DNA of 64,000 nucleotides from Bilabrum cf. latius. Taxonomy: Eukaryota. The notes beneath the pieces are model-generated. The model was given only the letters and a program-made list of their open reading frames with translations. It searched no databases and was not told the DNA's origin. The DNA is taken from NCBI GenBank assembly GCA_965178125.1, contig OZ237747.1, forward strand, positions 496,001-560,000, read 5' to 3'. The first letter of the stretch is position 1. The number at the start of each line of letters is the position of its first letter. Of this stretch, positions 10,416 through 24,197 are shown one piece after another. A program made the position numbers and the translations under genes.

Positions 10416-13400
10416 TCAAGCCGATAGCACTTGCCTAGCCATGGCCTTCCGGTCTGGCTCAGACACTGCAATCTTCAGCAGCCGCTGCTCCCTGCCGTCT
10501 ATGACAACTGCCCTCCTGTGGAAACCCGAAGCGGTGCAGCAAGCACAAGCGCATCCATGCTGCAGAAAGCCTTGCAGCCGTGCCACGAGCGCCGCTAACG
10601 CCGACTGGCACTCTTCGACGGGATCGTGGATCTCGCCCATCGCGTATTCATCATCGCCCGCATGCTCAACGTCGTCCATCATGGCGCTGCTACCGCCTGC
10701 TGGTCCCTCGGCACTCGTACTCTGTGCAACTGCCTGCCACACGAAATCGAACAAATGGAACTTTGAATTTGTTTCGGACAGGCCACAGCCTCGACGTGCT
10801 TGCCAGAGCGCAGTAATACCATCGTTCAGGCATTGCACGCTCTGGGCGAGCTGGGTGCGAGCAGGCCCAGGTGCAAGCTGAACAGACTGTAGCGCCGTTG
10901 CTGCAGCAACTATCACGTTGCTCTGGATAGAGAATGGATTCAGTCTGGAGGCGCAATCTTGTAGGACACGGGATCGAGTTGCTTGCTGCTTGCAGTTCTG
11001 CATACCGTCTAGGTATGGCCCAGTGATGAGAATCCACTGTCGTAGCTGTAGCCAAGCTGCCACTCCCGCGTGCGATGGGACATGCGGCTCGCTTCCACTT
11101 CCTTTACAAGCAGGAGATGATGTGTCTACCTTGACGCCATCTGCGAGGGAGCCCATGTCCGGCATCGTTGGGATGTCAAAACCAGGAAGTGCACCCCGGG
11201 TGGAGAATAGCACCCTCCCGAAATCTTCGTCGGGGAAAAGAAGGCTGTGCGAGAGAGCATACCCAGCCACGCACCCAAGAGAGACAGTCTGGGCTAGCAC
11301 TGCTGGAAATCGCGGCTTGGGATATATGTGCGGCCGGGCGCCACATCGCAGCAGCTCTTGCACAGAAGTACGGATAGAGGCTCGTTGAATCTGGAATGCA
11401 CTCGCAGGCGAAGTATCCTTTCCTCGCGACCCATCTCCCGAAGCTGCACCGGCCCCTGTCGAAGCGCTAGCTTCAGTCTCTTCGGCAATGGCAGCTAGAG
11501 CGTCGAGGTCCTCGCTTGCCAGAGACTCCGGCATCGAATGCCCCGCCGCGCTGCTCTAGGTGGCCGGTACATCAGCGGCGTCCTGTGATCGCAAAACACC
11601 CATTGTTCCTGCGGCCACAGTGGCATCAGCTGCACGATGCGCGGTTCCATGGCCAAGGCTTTCCTCGACCAGCTTTGACAAGAGTGATGCCACGCTCAGG
11701 TGACTCTCGAGGTGCAGCATGGCAGCGACACGTCCCCGGCTCTGCGACAGGCTCGAGCCGGTCTCAGTGGATCTAGAAGGAGTTGTGCTTCGTTCCTTCG
11801 TCGACTGTTGACGAGAAATCACCTAGATCAGTGAGTTCAGCAGATTGGCAGACGTCCCAGACTGCTGGTTCGGATCGGTGGTGCTTGCTGACCCGGCGGT
11901 CCGGCCACTCAGGCGCTCTGAAAGCTTTTCCGCTGCCGAGACTAGTGCCAACGACGTGTGCATGGAAAGGAGTTCGATCGACTGCACAAGAACAGAATAC
12001 GCAAACACGCGCTGCCTTGCATCTATGAGAACCAGCGCAGTCGCTGCCTCAGCGCTCTCCGTCCCCTACAGACGCACTGCTGGCCAGAACGGGGCTTCCT
12101 GGATCTCGCGAAGACGCTTTAGCAGCTGGGCGGCCTCCTCACCCAGCCCCAGACCGGGCAGGGCAGATTCGAACAGCTCATCAACGTGCAATACGGGCGG
12201 TTGCTCTTGCTTGAATGCCTCCAAGACAGCCCTTGCTTGCGCGGCTGCCAGCGAGCTGGACGAGGTACCCGAAGCACGAGATGCCGACGTTGCACTGCTC
12301 TTGGTAGGCGTAGCTGTTGCCTGGTTTGTATCCGCTGCGACCAACCTGGCCAGCCGCCGTTCCTTTGCTTGCTAGACAGCAAGCTGCCGTTGAACCGCCT
12401 CAGACCTCTGTTTCGAGGCGGAGGGACCCCCAAGAAGACCGACCATGGTTCTTCGTTTCGGCTTCTGACGATTTTTGCCGTCTTGAGGTCCTCTACGGCC
12501 CCCACCAAGCAGGGCGCGCATTGGACGCGCAGCAGTGCTGGCACTCACGCTGTCAACAGTGCTTCGGAGGCTTGATGGGAGCCTGTACTCACGCGATTTC
12601 TGCTTGATGCGTCTCGTGATACTTGCTCGCTGGCTCCCGAGGATCCCCACACCGGACTTCATCGACGCGGACCGCTGCGGCCTTCCAGGAGCAGCCAATG
12701 TCAAGCTTGGTTTAATCCGTCCTGCCGCATGTTCCGCGTGCACTTGCTCTCTGACTTTTTGCTGCTTGGCGCGGAGCAGACGCACCGCTTCGAACCTTGC
12801 ATACTTGCTCGCTTGCTGCAGAGCGTGCAGGGCAAAGTCTTCCGGAATCGATGCGCTGCCTTGCTGGCTAGAATCCCGTAGTGAGGATCCTGTAGTGCCA
12901 CCATTAGTCTTCAAAGAAATGGCATTGGCAGGACGGAATCGCAGCGGAGAATTGGCGCCGAGGATTCGTCTACTAATGTCTACGAGAAGCCATTGATCCG
13001 GCTGTGCACCACTCAGGTGTGCTGATGCCCATTCTAACAGTTGCTACCGCGTGCAAGCAATCTTCGAGACGAATTGCAGCTCCCCAAGGGCAAGTGCTGC
13101 AATACCGCGGGCACTCTCTGCCAGATCGACCCCAGCTGACCCCGAGGCAGCACCTGGCGGAGAACTAGAAGCTGCTTTTACCAAGTCCTGCAGGTGGCAT
13201 ACAATCTAGCACAGTACCAGTACAGATGCAATCCTACTCCTGCACTTCCCAGCACAAACTTGCTTCAAGACCCGCCCTACGTACTGTAGTTCAGCGAACA
13301 AGTCTGCGTCGGACAGCTGTCCCTTGTCTAGCTTTGAACGTAGGTGTGACTAAACCGATAAAAGACGCAGCACAAGCTATCCCAGGGAGCGCCCACAGCC

Positions 13401-16400
13401 AGAGCTCTTGAGGGATGTCACACGGCCGCAACACACATCAGCGAAATGCCTTGCACTCTTGAGAGACCCAAGCACCCGGGCATTCAGTCTTGGAGCATCA
13501 AAGGACAAGTGGCTATCGGACGCACCGTCCGGTCCACTTCCTACTAATCGTGCTTGCTCCATCACAGTGGCAGCAAGAAGGAGCTGCTGCACTCCTTCCC
13601 GTACGGCAGCCTGGGATGCACCCCTGCTAGACTGCCTGTCGCTCAACTGCTCCAGCATGGGCTAAAGCTCTGTTCGAACACCCCCGTTCGTCTGAATCTT
13701 TGACAGCAAAGCACCAAGGCAAACCCGAAGATCTCGACTGCCGTCGAAGTCAACCCCACCGTCTGATAGCGCTGTACCACGCTTGAATGCACTCCCACAC
13801 AGACGATCTACCTCTTCGCTGTGAGCTTGCAAAATAGACCTGTGTATACCTTGTTGCCACGAAACTAAGCCGCATTGTAAAACATACGTGATCCAAGGCT
13901 ACTCGTGACTGAGTTGGCTGGAGCCGCCACCGCTATTGGGGCCGAAAATGCGACCAGCCTGCACAGCCGGGAGCAGCGGCATAGTCCTCGCCTCTACGGA
14001 CCCATCCATGCCACGAAGCACAGACCGCAGAAGTAACACAACTGAGCTAGGATCTAGGACGGTTGATGGTGAACCATCGTCGTCGCTCCGCTTGTGAAAC
14101 GATTCTATGCTAGTTGCAAGGATCATCAGCGACTACGGTAGTCTACACCGTCTGCCGACCATAGTTACAGGCTTGTGCTCTGAGGCTTCTGCAATGCAAC
14201 GTGCTAGCATCGTGCCGAATTGTTCGCTTGGTTGACCAGCTGGGTCTGGAGGGCATATTACACTTGCGCCGCTACATGACACCAGCGTAGGGGTCGGGGC
14301 GGCTTGCAGTCCGGCAACGCTTGGCATTGATTGCAGTCCAGAACCGGGATCGCCGGAGAGCAAGGCTCCTATTCGATCCAGGGACCCACCGGGCAGCGCA
14401 TACTTCACCTCTCTGGTGAGTACTTCGTGACTGCTTGGACCACTAGCGAGCCGTGCATTTGGTGTTTCTGCTTCGTTCGATGGACCGCAGTCTTCTCCGA
14501 GAGACACGATACCCATGAGCAGTTCAACGACAAAACAAGCGGACCTACTGCTGCTGGCAACACCTGTTGCTGCAGACAGCATATCACGGTGTACGGATCC
14601 CTGGGGCCCGATGCCGTCAAACCAAAGACTGCGCATGAGGGCAAGCAGAGGAGAGTGCAGCACGAGCCCATCCGAGGTGCTGCCGTTGATGAATGCGCTT
14701 GCCTGTGGCAGTATGAGGCTGCGCGGCGCATCAGCCTTGAATTTTGCGCAGACAGACGATGGATTTGCAACCGCAATAGCTAAGGAACGCCGCCACACTG
14801 ACACCCAAGCCGAGCGCACTTTGGAAGCTGACGATAGAATAATCGAAGCGTCTCCTGTAAGAGCTGCTAGGTGTTCGCACGAAAAGTGGGCCGCTGCTAG
14901 CAGCTTAAGCGCGAGAGAACACCATGTCTGCAGAGCAGCAGACGGGCACATCGGTTCCATGCCCCGGTAAATTGACTAGCTCGAGTCTGCAGACAGCTCC
15001 CCATCCGAGTCATCCACAACTGACAAAAGAGGTGAGTCGATTGCAGGAGCTCCGCAGCGCGTTGCAAGGGCCGAAACCGTTGCACAATACATCTCCACGG
15101 CTCTTGCAGCAGTATCTGTTCTCTCTGCAGGATGGTCCAGCGCTGCAAGCGCTATTTCGGCGGCGAACTGGTCGGCGTGCTGCTTCGCAGCTCGCAGATT
15201 AGATTGGGCAGGGCCTAGGAGAGCCTGTGCGACCGACCCTGGCGGGAATAAAGCCTTATCTATCGAGTCAAATAGGCCTATCTGAGGCTGGGAGCACTGA
15301 AGCAGCAGGCCAATTCTAGCCTCAGCCGTATGTATTGCTGCCATGGCATGCAGTACGCCGTGACAGCAGTCTTGCACGCTTCTGTCACTGCTACCACCGT
15401 CGGCGATGGTGTCGCCGCTAGGGTCAACGAACTGGCTCGCCCATCGAAGGGCAGACTTCCCAATCTCTGGAAACAAAAGAACCTTGCTACGCATGACTGT
15501 CCGGAGGATTGACCACTCCTTCCAAGGCTGCTACAGCTGCTCCTGGTTGGGTTGTCCTGCTGCCCATCCTACCATGGCAGCCTCGCACTGAGCCCAACTC
15601 TTCAGTGCTGCTGGCACATGGATGGCATAAGGTTCTTGCTCATCATCGTCAGCCTGTGCATGACTATCAGGAGCTGCTTCCACGTGATACATACGCATTA
15701 TCTCGGCCAACTGCTCGGCTACACGGACGGGCACATCCAGAGTGTGGAAAGCCTGCGATCTGCCTGGCTCGGTGTGCTGCGGCCCATCTAGGCGACGATG
15801 AGTCGAATCTTGCAGCCCACTTGAAGGTGATGCTGCTGAATAGTTGGGAACGCGGTCAAACGTGTGCATTGCCACTCCTGAAGACATTGCACTGGATGCC
15901 GACGTCCCGAAAGCTCGAAGGCCGCCAGCATCTGAAAGCTGCGAGGACGGCAGGCCCACGGATGGCGCCGCTAGTGCTGTGGCAGCCGCTACAATTGTTC
16001 CATGGGAACCATTATCAGCTTTCTCCGGCACCTAGCTTGCTACCTGCCGTTGATCAAGGCTACCCACCGACACAATGGTTGGCTAACCGCGACCTTGAGC
16101 AGGAAACGCCGATTCCACGCCTGATGCCGTGCCAACGTGTATGTCTCGAATCCGTAGCAAACTTGGGAACTCGTTATCATCGACACTGGACGGACCCGTC
16201 ATATCCGACCCCATGTGGGTACTACCCTACGATGCTGTCTGCATCGTAGTTCGAGACCCTGCTCGTTCTGCGCTTGGCACCGCGCAGCTGCTGCCAGCGC
16301 CAGCTGGCGGTCTTCTTGCACCCAATTGGCTAGGCGAATTATTTTTCTGTGGATGCGAAATTAAATTGGTACTGCTCCCAGATGCGCGGGACCGTGCCCG

Positions 16401-18664
16401 CGATGACCCTGCGGCAGCACCAGCAGGTGCAGAGCGGCGACTCGACGCGCTGGCTCCAGTGTGCTTGTGCTTCTCCCCACTCGCTGAGAACCCAGCTGAA
16501 TTCTCCCGATTCTGCAGCATAGACAGCTTACCACCGCTTATCAGGGACTCGATATCGTTTAGAAGTCTTCGACTCTGCTACTAGACAGACTTTTCTGTCC
16601 TGCCCCTGCCGGATCGCCTGCCTCGGGAGCGCCGAGCCCTCCGCTGCTTGCCGCGGCGTTTTCGATTCATACGGTCCTCTCCCGACACTGCACGCTTCCG
16701 CTTCGCTCCTAGCACCCCGTTCTTATACCGAGGCACCTTTTTGGCCCTGGCCTGCGCTGCTCCGGAAGATAAACTTGCACCCGCACGAGACACTCGAATG
16801 CCTTTGGGCCTCATACTGCCTTCATCGCGGGCCAAGTGGCGGTCCAGCGTGTCTTGCTGGCTCAACTGACTCAGCTGAGAGCCAGTCTTGAAATCAAGAG
16901 TCGGAAGAATGCGTGGTCCCGCGTGGCTGGGTGCGCTAACACCGAAGAAGCCATCTGCACCGCTAGGTCTTGAGGTCGTGCTGGCCCCCTTCGAGTTGAG
17001 CCTTGCGTGTCGGGCGGCGCGGGCACCAGCACCGAGCTCATCATCGTCTGAGTCTAGCTCATCGTCTGTGTCAAGGTCAAGCCTGACACCGTCGCCATCG
17101 CGCTGCTGCTGCTCCCCAGTTTGGGAGTCCTGCAGTGTAAGAGACTGCCTCGCTCTGCCGTCTTCTGCCCAGCCAAGCTCGGGCATCCGCTGCTCAATGC
17201 GCCTGCGCTTCGCTTGTAGGCGGCGTTCCTTTCTTTGGGCCGCATCGCGTGCTGCCCGCGAGGCTTGCTAGCCTCCTCGAATGAAATCGCCGAGCGTCAT
17301 GCCGCCCTCGTCGGAGCTGCCAGAGGAGCTCGAGCTCGACGCGCTGCTGAGGCTAGCATAGCGTCCCTCGCGCCGCGCAACAGGAGAATACCCATACGAA
17401 GAGCTGCTATCAGAATGCCCGGAACCGCTGGAGTCAGACGAGGAAGAGGACGACTCGAAATCGTCTCTGAACACGGGCCTAGCACGCATCCTGCCCTACA
17501 TGCCAGCTGCCCGTCTCCTCTGCCGCTCTGCCTCCCGCTATCGTCTGATTTCTAGCCTGTGTGCCTTCGCCGCCGCCTTATCGCGCGCCTGCAGCGCCTT
17601 ATATATCTTCGCTTGCGCAGCATCCGCGGCTCGCTGCTCGAGAGCTGCGTGGCGCATCCGCTCCGCTTCCCATGCCGGCGGCACATAGTCTTTGCCATCC
17701 AGTCGCGAGCGAGCTTTCCAATGCTCCATTCTCTCTGGTCGCAAGAACTTGGGCAGGTTTCTTGGGGCCCACCGGCTCACTTGAGTTCGGCTGGGTTTCC
17801 TTCTGCCGCTTCCGCCGCATACCAGGCCGCCTGCCTCTGCCTCTGCCTCCATGGGGGCCTACCCGCGAGCAGCACCACCTGAACTCGAGCCCTTGCTGCT
17901 ACTGCTGCTGCTGCTGCTGCTAGCAAACGCGCCTAATTTGAGCACGCGGTCCAGGACAGAATGGCGCGTCCCGCCGACGTTCTTGCGCACGACCCCCGTG
18001 CCTCCCCCAGATGGACCGACGCCGCTGCCAGAGCTTGCTGCAGAAGCTGCGCCAGCGCCTGCCTGCGAATGCCTAGCGTATTCAGGGATGTACCTGGGCT
18101 CTCTGCACGGATGCGAGTCGTACACTTTCATGAGCCGTCGCACGCCCTTGAGCGCATGCCTGCTCTCCACCACGGCCCGCGAGTGCATTAGCTGGAGCAG
18201 CTCGCCGAGCGTGCACCGCTTGCCGTCCTGTTCCTCCGAGCGAAATCCATCCCCCGGGTACGGCATGACCGAACCGCGGGTCTGCGGGTTGAAACCGCGG
18301 TCAAGCAGCCACTCCAGCACGTCAGGGTGCCTTCGGTGCGCAGCTTGCAGGAGCGGGTGGCTGTAGCTTTCCGGCTCAAGGCTTAGCATCAAGGCGCGCA
18401 GATCTTTGATCCCAGCATCCCAAAGTTGCTATACCTCGTCCAGCTATCCGTGCATGATCGCATTCAAGAACTCGTCAAGCGCTGGTTCAACTGCGGCATG
18501 GACTTGAAAGTCGAACGCATCAAGCAGTGGGCGCAAAAATCCAGGTGGCGCGTGTGCAACAATAAGAAACACTTACCTTCATCCAGGGATGGGGGCACTC
18601 GATATCTTGCTGGCTGGCCAGGATGATTTTGAGGAGCAATTGCACCAGCCGGCTGGCTGCCCAT
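10416..18664 (-). CDS. Very large (~2,720 aa) protein of unknown function with N-terminal ankyrin-like repeats
   Basis: Fourteen track ORFs between 10416 and 18392 share one frame, separated by TAG (>=23). The gene ends TGA at 10416-10418. One intron at 18491-18576 (GTAAGT...GCAG); ATG at 18662-18664. Ankyrin-like segments FLNAIMHG*LDEV*QLWDAG and HPLLQAAHRRHPDVLEWLLDRGFNP. Confidence 0.72.
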
Positions 18665-18981
18665 CGCTTGCTCAACAGCATTTGGGCTCAGCAAGCTGTC
18701 CTATCCCGCTGAAGAATCTTCTAAACTATTATCCTACGGAATACTATGAGAATCTTGCTCTTTGATGTCCGAACCAGGCACCGGTGGCTTCAACCTTGCG
18801 AGGAGCGGTAGGCTCATATTCACACGCACTTTCCAGCTCGATAAAGCAAATTCAACGCTAAAAACTCAGTTTTACGCGGTCATAACGTCATATTTAAACT
18901 AGTGATATCATTTATACGGCAAAATACGCGGTCAATTTTGAATAATTCAGCCGTAGATGCGGCGGGATTTCCTCTGCACAG
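18665..18981. promoter_or_regulatory. AT-rich divergent intergenic region (putative bidirectional promoter)
   Basis: It separates two head-to-head genes and contains TACGCGGTCA twice (18873-18882, 18925-18934). Confidence 0.4.
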
Positions 18982-19044
18982 ATGCGCGGCGCACGGAGGT
19001 TCCGCTGGTCCACCAGAGGACAGAAGCAAGCACTTCTACTCAAT

Positions 19045-22000
19045 ATGAGCTCGAAGCGGGCCCCCATTGATCTTGAACCATGGTAGTTCTTTGGCTGGGG
19101 TAGCTCTCGCTTAGTTTTATGGGGTGACCAGCAGCAGAGCAAGCAGCAGGAACTGAAAGAGAAGCAGAATCATGGAGCACATTCATTAGTGAACCAGTGG
19201 ATGGCAACTGCTATCGTGGGAAACGATTTGCTCTCTTCTTGCCTCTATGTCATCGGTTTGACGTTTGCCTCTGCGGGGCCGTTGGCACCGGTCTGTCTTG
19301 TGATAACGGCGGCGATGCTGTATTTGTTCCGCTGGGTTTACACCGAGGCAGTCGGCGCACTCCCGATCGACGGTGGTGCGTATACCATTTTGTTAAATAG
19401 CACCAGTAAAGCTGTGGCTGCCTCTGCTGCATGCCTGACGCTCCTGAGCTACGTAGCTACCGCTGTGGTCAGTGCAACAGACGCAGTGATCTACCTCCAA
19501 TCAGTATGGCCTGAGCTCACAGAAATAGTCGGGGTGTTGTTTTTGCTGGCACTATTTTGTGGACTGGCTATCCTTGGAGTTGGTGAGAGTGCTGCAGTTG
19601 CTTCGTGTATGCTGTCGCTGCACATGGCCACGTTGCTGCTGGTGGCGATTATTGGAATCATTCACATGGCGAATGACAAAGGAAAGACCTTCTCGGACAA
19701 CTGGAAGTCTCCATTTCCTGACATCCTCGCCGGTGACGGGGACGACTAGACGCCGGGCAACGGCACGCTGAATGCAGCACTGCACGGGTCATTCGCTCCG
19801 TCCCCTTCCGCTTCCGCATCCGACGAAGGGTCGCTGCTGGGATCGCTTGGAGACACGGCCAGGGTAATTGCTAGGGGTAACGTTGCAACTGCACTGTTCT
19901 TCGGCTTTGGACAGTCTCTACTGGGTGTCAGTGGGTTCGAATCGACTGCCAACATGGTGCAGGCGATGCAGCCGGGCGCCTTCCCGCTCGTGCTTCGCAA
20001 CCTGTGGCTGGCGGTCGCGATCGTCAACCCGGTCCTTGCCCTGGTGTGCATGGGTGTGCTGCCCATGGATACGATCTATGCCCGCAGTGCAGACGTAGTG
20101 GTGGCGGTCGGGCAGGCCGCATCGGGCGGATCTCTTGCGCCGGGTGCATCGCCAACCTGGCTAGGCTACCTCGTTTCCATCGACGCATTTATCGTGCTCA
20201 GTGGTGGCACGCTGACGTCATTCATTGGGGTGCAGGGGCTCGTCGCGAGGATGTCCATGGACAAGTGCCTCCCCGAATTTCTCATCCAGACCAACTCGTG
20301 CAGGGGCACGGCCCACTGGATCCCCATCAGCTTCGCACTCATCGCCGCGTCCCTGTGCCTCATCCTCAACGGAGACGTCGACACTCTTAGCGGTGTGTAC
20401 ACGCTGAGCTTTCTGTCCGTTATGTGCCTCTTCGCGATTGGTAACGGTCTGCTTCGCTACAAGCGTCCGAGCCTCCGCCGCCCACTCAAGGCGGCCCGCG
20501 GCACGATTGCTGCCGCGCTCGTGTTTGCCCTTCTCGGCTTGCTCGCCAACGTCATCATGAAGCCCAGCGCTGTATAGTACTTTGTGATATACTTTTCTTG
20601 CACCGGAATGGTAGTGCTGGTCATGTTCTTTAGGACCCAGGTCATGCAGCTCATGCTGCCGGTGGTTCGCTCGTGCTCGAAGCGCCTGAGCGACTGCTGC
20701 CCAGGGTGCTGCGGTCTACCGGGCAGAGATTCTTCAGTTGGGCACGCAACTCCGCTCCTCGGTGATGCAGTGGACGATGCCGGCAGCTGCCTGACTGCCG
20801 CTATCCGGTCGGCTAGGGAAGAGCCAGTCATCTACTTGGCCAAGAGACCTGACCTCCCCGCGCTGAACAAGGCCATACTCTATATTCGAGCCAATGAAAA
20901 CACCCAGAACGTCGTGATTGCACACTTTATGGAGCACTAGGTTGACGCGCATGCCGGTAATGGTGGCCGTTCGGCGAAGCATGGCTCGGAGACGAAGGCT
21001 GCAGACGAATCAAGCAGCAGCGACGCTGGCTCGGTGGAAGTGAGGTTGTCTGCGCCACAGGCCAAGAATCGCTTCGCTGCGGACCAGCTCATTCCTGAAA
21101 GCGACCTGACCGGCCAAGCCTCCGACCTGAGCCCAGGAGAGACAGTTCAGCTGGAAGGCCCAGCCGCGATTCTACAGGAGCAGGTGATGGTTCTCGACGC
21201 GCTCTACCCCAAGATCAAGATAGACTTCCTGTGCATCAGCGGCACAGTGTTCTGCCCGGACGCCCTTGCTTGGCTGGCAGACTACGTTGACGTGAGCATC
21301 AACAGTGTCTTCATCGGAGCACCCGACTCGGACTTTGCCCACGCAGTGTCTGCGCTGGGCGGCGTCAGGGTGATCACAAAGCCGACGAGGGATATCGTGC
21401 ACCAGAAGTTCCGTATCGACGAGGAGCCCCTCGAAGATGATGATGGGCACAAGAACGCGCAAGATTCAAAACAAGCGGTTGCATCGCAGACGCAGGTCGT
21501 TTCCATACCCAAGGCCGAGTCGGATGGCATCTCGATGTCGTCAACAAAGGAAGATAAGAAGGGGACTTTGTCAAGTGCAGCAGGCGGTGCAGCTGCGGCT
21601 TCGTCGGCCAACCCTACGATGTTCGACGCCTTGGTCAGTGCATCCAAACCGAAGAGCTCGTTCAGACGGACAGTTAGCTTCGCGGTCGGCTCCGATAGCA
21701 CAGGAGATCAAGAGCTTGTCGATGGTGCAGCTGCCAGCGCCGCAGCATCCGCAGCGGTGCAAACAGCGAGGTCTCGCTCCATGCCGGGCGCAGAGCTGGA
21801 CCAGGTCGTCGACAGCATCGGCGAGCGAGCGGCGGGGCGTTCTGGGTTTCGCCGCATGCAGAGGGCCAAGAGCTACGGCCACCCAAGCGGGATGGCCAGG
21901 CTATCGAGCGGCGAGCTGGATGCCGGGCCCTCGTTTGCCGGGTCGTTGCCGCTTTCACCGCCGCCGCTCGGGCGGTCCATGCGCGAGGGGGGCACAGGGC

Positions 22001-22212
22001 TGGTGCCTCTGCTGCTGTACGGTAGCTCCAGGGATGGTGCCGCGCAAGGAGGCCTGCGCTAGCGCCGCCAGCGATTGGTAGTGCAGCGTGAGCCGGTGCA
22101 ACAGGCCGGCGGCGTGCGGGTGGCAGGCGAGCTCGGCGGGCCAGCTGGAGCTAGCAGGCCTGACGGTGAAGGTAGCGGCAGCGGCAGTGGGGCCCCGGTA
22201 GACGGCAAGTGA
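19045..22212 (+). CDS. APC-superfamily amino-acid permease with a long cytosolic C-terminal tail
   Basis: Motifs ATAIVGNDLLSSCLY, ALPIDGGAYTILLN, LLGVSGFESTAN, IDAFIVLSGGTLTS, LNKAILYIRANE and YPKIKIDF. In-frame TAGs at 19084, 19747, 20575, 20938 and 22060; ends TGA 22210-22212. An alternative in-frame ATG lies at 18982. Confidence 0.88.
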
Positions 22213-22468
22213 CCTGTGTCGTAGCGGGAGAATGGAACGTGGTGACCCCAATCCCGTGATTTGGTGCTGATCAGCGCCACAGCACGGACGGGGCAAGCAG
22301 CAGGTGTAGCCTTCGGGATCCACCCGCCTTTGCTCATTGTTCTCTGATAGTATTTGTCGATCGCGTATCTTTCCCACGTGTCAAGTTTGCTTGTGTCCAC
22401 GACATCAAACACGGGTGTGCCGTCACGAGGCTCGCACCATAGTCTACAGCTGCTTGCCCACGCGGTAA

Positions 22469-24047
22469 TCACGGTGTGATAATGTGCACCAGCAGTAGGA
22501 AGACAGCCAGCACCACGAGCAGCACGGACACACACATCGTAAAGCTCATGGGCGCCTCTGCGGCCTCGTGCAGGTATCCGACCCCCTCTTTCACGGCATC
22601 GTTGGCCTCCTCCGTGTCTACCTCGATCTGCTGGATGACCTCGTCTTGCATGTGCACTTGCTCCGAGAAAATACGCATTAGCTCGGCCACATCGCTCGTG
22701 CTCTGCTCAATTCGACTGCGATGGGCGTGCAAAGATAGATCCATTGAGCAAGTGGAACAGCCGAAGCACGCGGTTAAAGTCGCCAATCAAGCTAAATCAT
22801 GCTATCCTGCCAGCCTATGAAACGCACAGGCACGTCAGCAGAGCCGAGGCCTACTCACGCAGCATCATTATCAGCCTGCTCCGATTCCACAGCAACCGCG
22901 ACCGCTTGATCTGCCCGAGCCTAAACTTCCTCGCTGGAGTACTGGAGCGACACGCTTGGGCCTGCCGGGCTGGGGGCGCCACCGGGTGGCAGCCGTGTCC
23001 CGTCACCCTGACGCCCCCCGCGCCCTCCTTTTGCACCCTCAATCAAAGATGGATCGATTGCAGCAGTCGACCGGTGGCTGACTTGCACGTCTCTAGCGCG
23101 ACTGCTATGGTCGCTCTGCTTCTCCGCTCCAATGCACAGCCTTACGCCTGTCCCTGAGCTCACCCATGAATCACTGGAGCCTCTGTTGGTGACCGCCTAG
23201 TCCCCGTCAGCCACATATACGTCCTTTCCGATCGTGTCTAATCTGTACAGCAAGGGAACTTCAACACTGACACCTTTCATGAGCCCCAGGGCGCCACCGG
23301 CAACAGACTCGAGCCGTGCGCTCTCGCCGCTTGCTTCAATGCCCGCGCCAGAAGCATGGCCCCACGCAGCATCCGCGGCATTTGTACATGCAAAAGCAGG
23401 CTCTGGGCAGAGCTCAAACTGGGCTGTGACGGATGTTGATGCCTGACTCCGCTAAATTCGACGTAGCTGGTTGGACAATGCTTGGAGCCTCTGCGAGCAC
23501 GATGGTCGAAACTGCCGCTTCCATGGTGCGTCAGACTCAAAAAGACCAGATGGGCCCACACAGCGATTTTCTCACACCCAACAGATTTCCAAGTATTGAT
23601 TCGTAGTGCGCAGTCCTGGTGGATGCAGCAACAGACTGGCCGGTTGCCCGGATGGCCAGCATACCTGCAGCTAATCGCTGGCGCTCGTTACCAGCCAATG
23701 ACGCTACATCCTGCAAGTCCTTAATCATTGAGGATATTTCTCTGCGTATCTGGTGCTACTACGAATCAGGCGACCTGCGAATATCGACAAACTGGCCTAC
23801 AAACTCGCACCTGGCCTCACACGAAACCCAAGCCTGCTTGCAATCATGCATCTACTTACGCGTACCAGCCACAAATTTTTGGCGATAATGAGACGTAGTC
23901 ACGCCGAATTTCATCCACACAACTCTAGATCTGTCGTATAGATTGAGGCAAAGCGGTTGGTTGCAGTTGCGATCGGGCTGGTGCTGATATTTCCTTGTGC
24001 TTGACCAGACTCCGGAAATCTTGGCTGCGGTCATAAATGGCACCCAT
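22469..24047 (-). CDS. STX18: Syntaxin-18/Ufe1/SYP81-like Qa-SNARE, multi-exon (internal junctions only partly resolved)
   Basis: N-peptide MGAIYDRSQDFRSLV, RRDYV, AHYESILGNL, SNARE helix IEQSTSDVAELMRIFSEQVHMQDEVIQQI and a C-terminal TM anchor. Ends TGA; at least 3 in-frame TAGs. Confidence 0.72.
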
Positions 24048-24197
24048 TCTAGTAGATTAATGCACCTGCATGTTGCAAGGTGGTAAGCACGGCGCAGACC
24101 TATAATGATCATCTCGATAAACCGCTCGCAACTTCGAATTCATGCGACGCCGGGGTTCCACCCATACTGCAGGCAAGGGTGCAAAGCTATAAGAACC
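24048..24197. promoter_or_regulatory. 150-bp divergent intergenic region (putative bidirectional promoter of STX18 and the DAG lipase)
   Basis: The two head-to-head ATGs are 150 bp apart. Confidence 0.4.
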
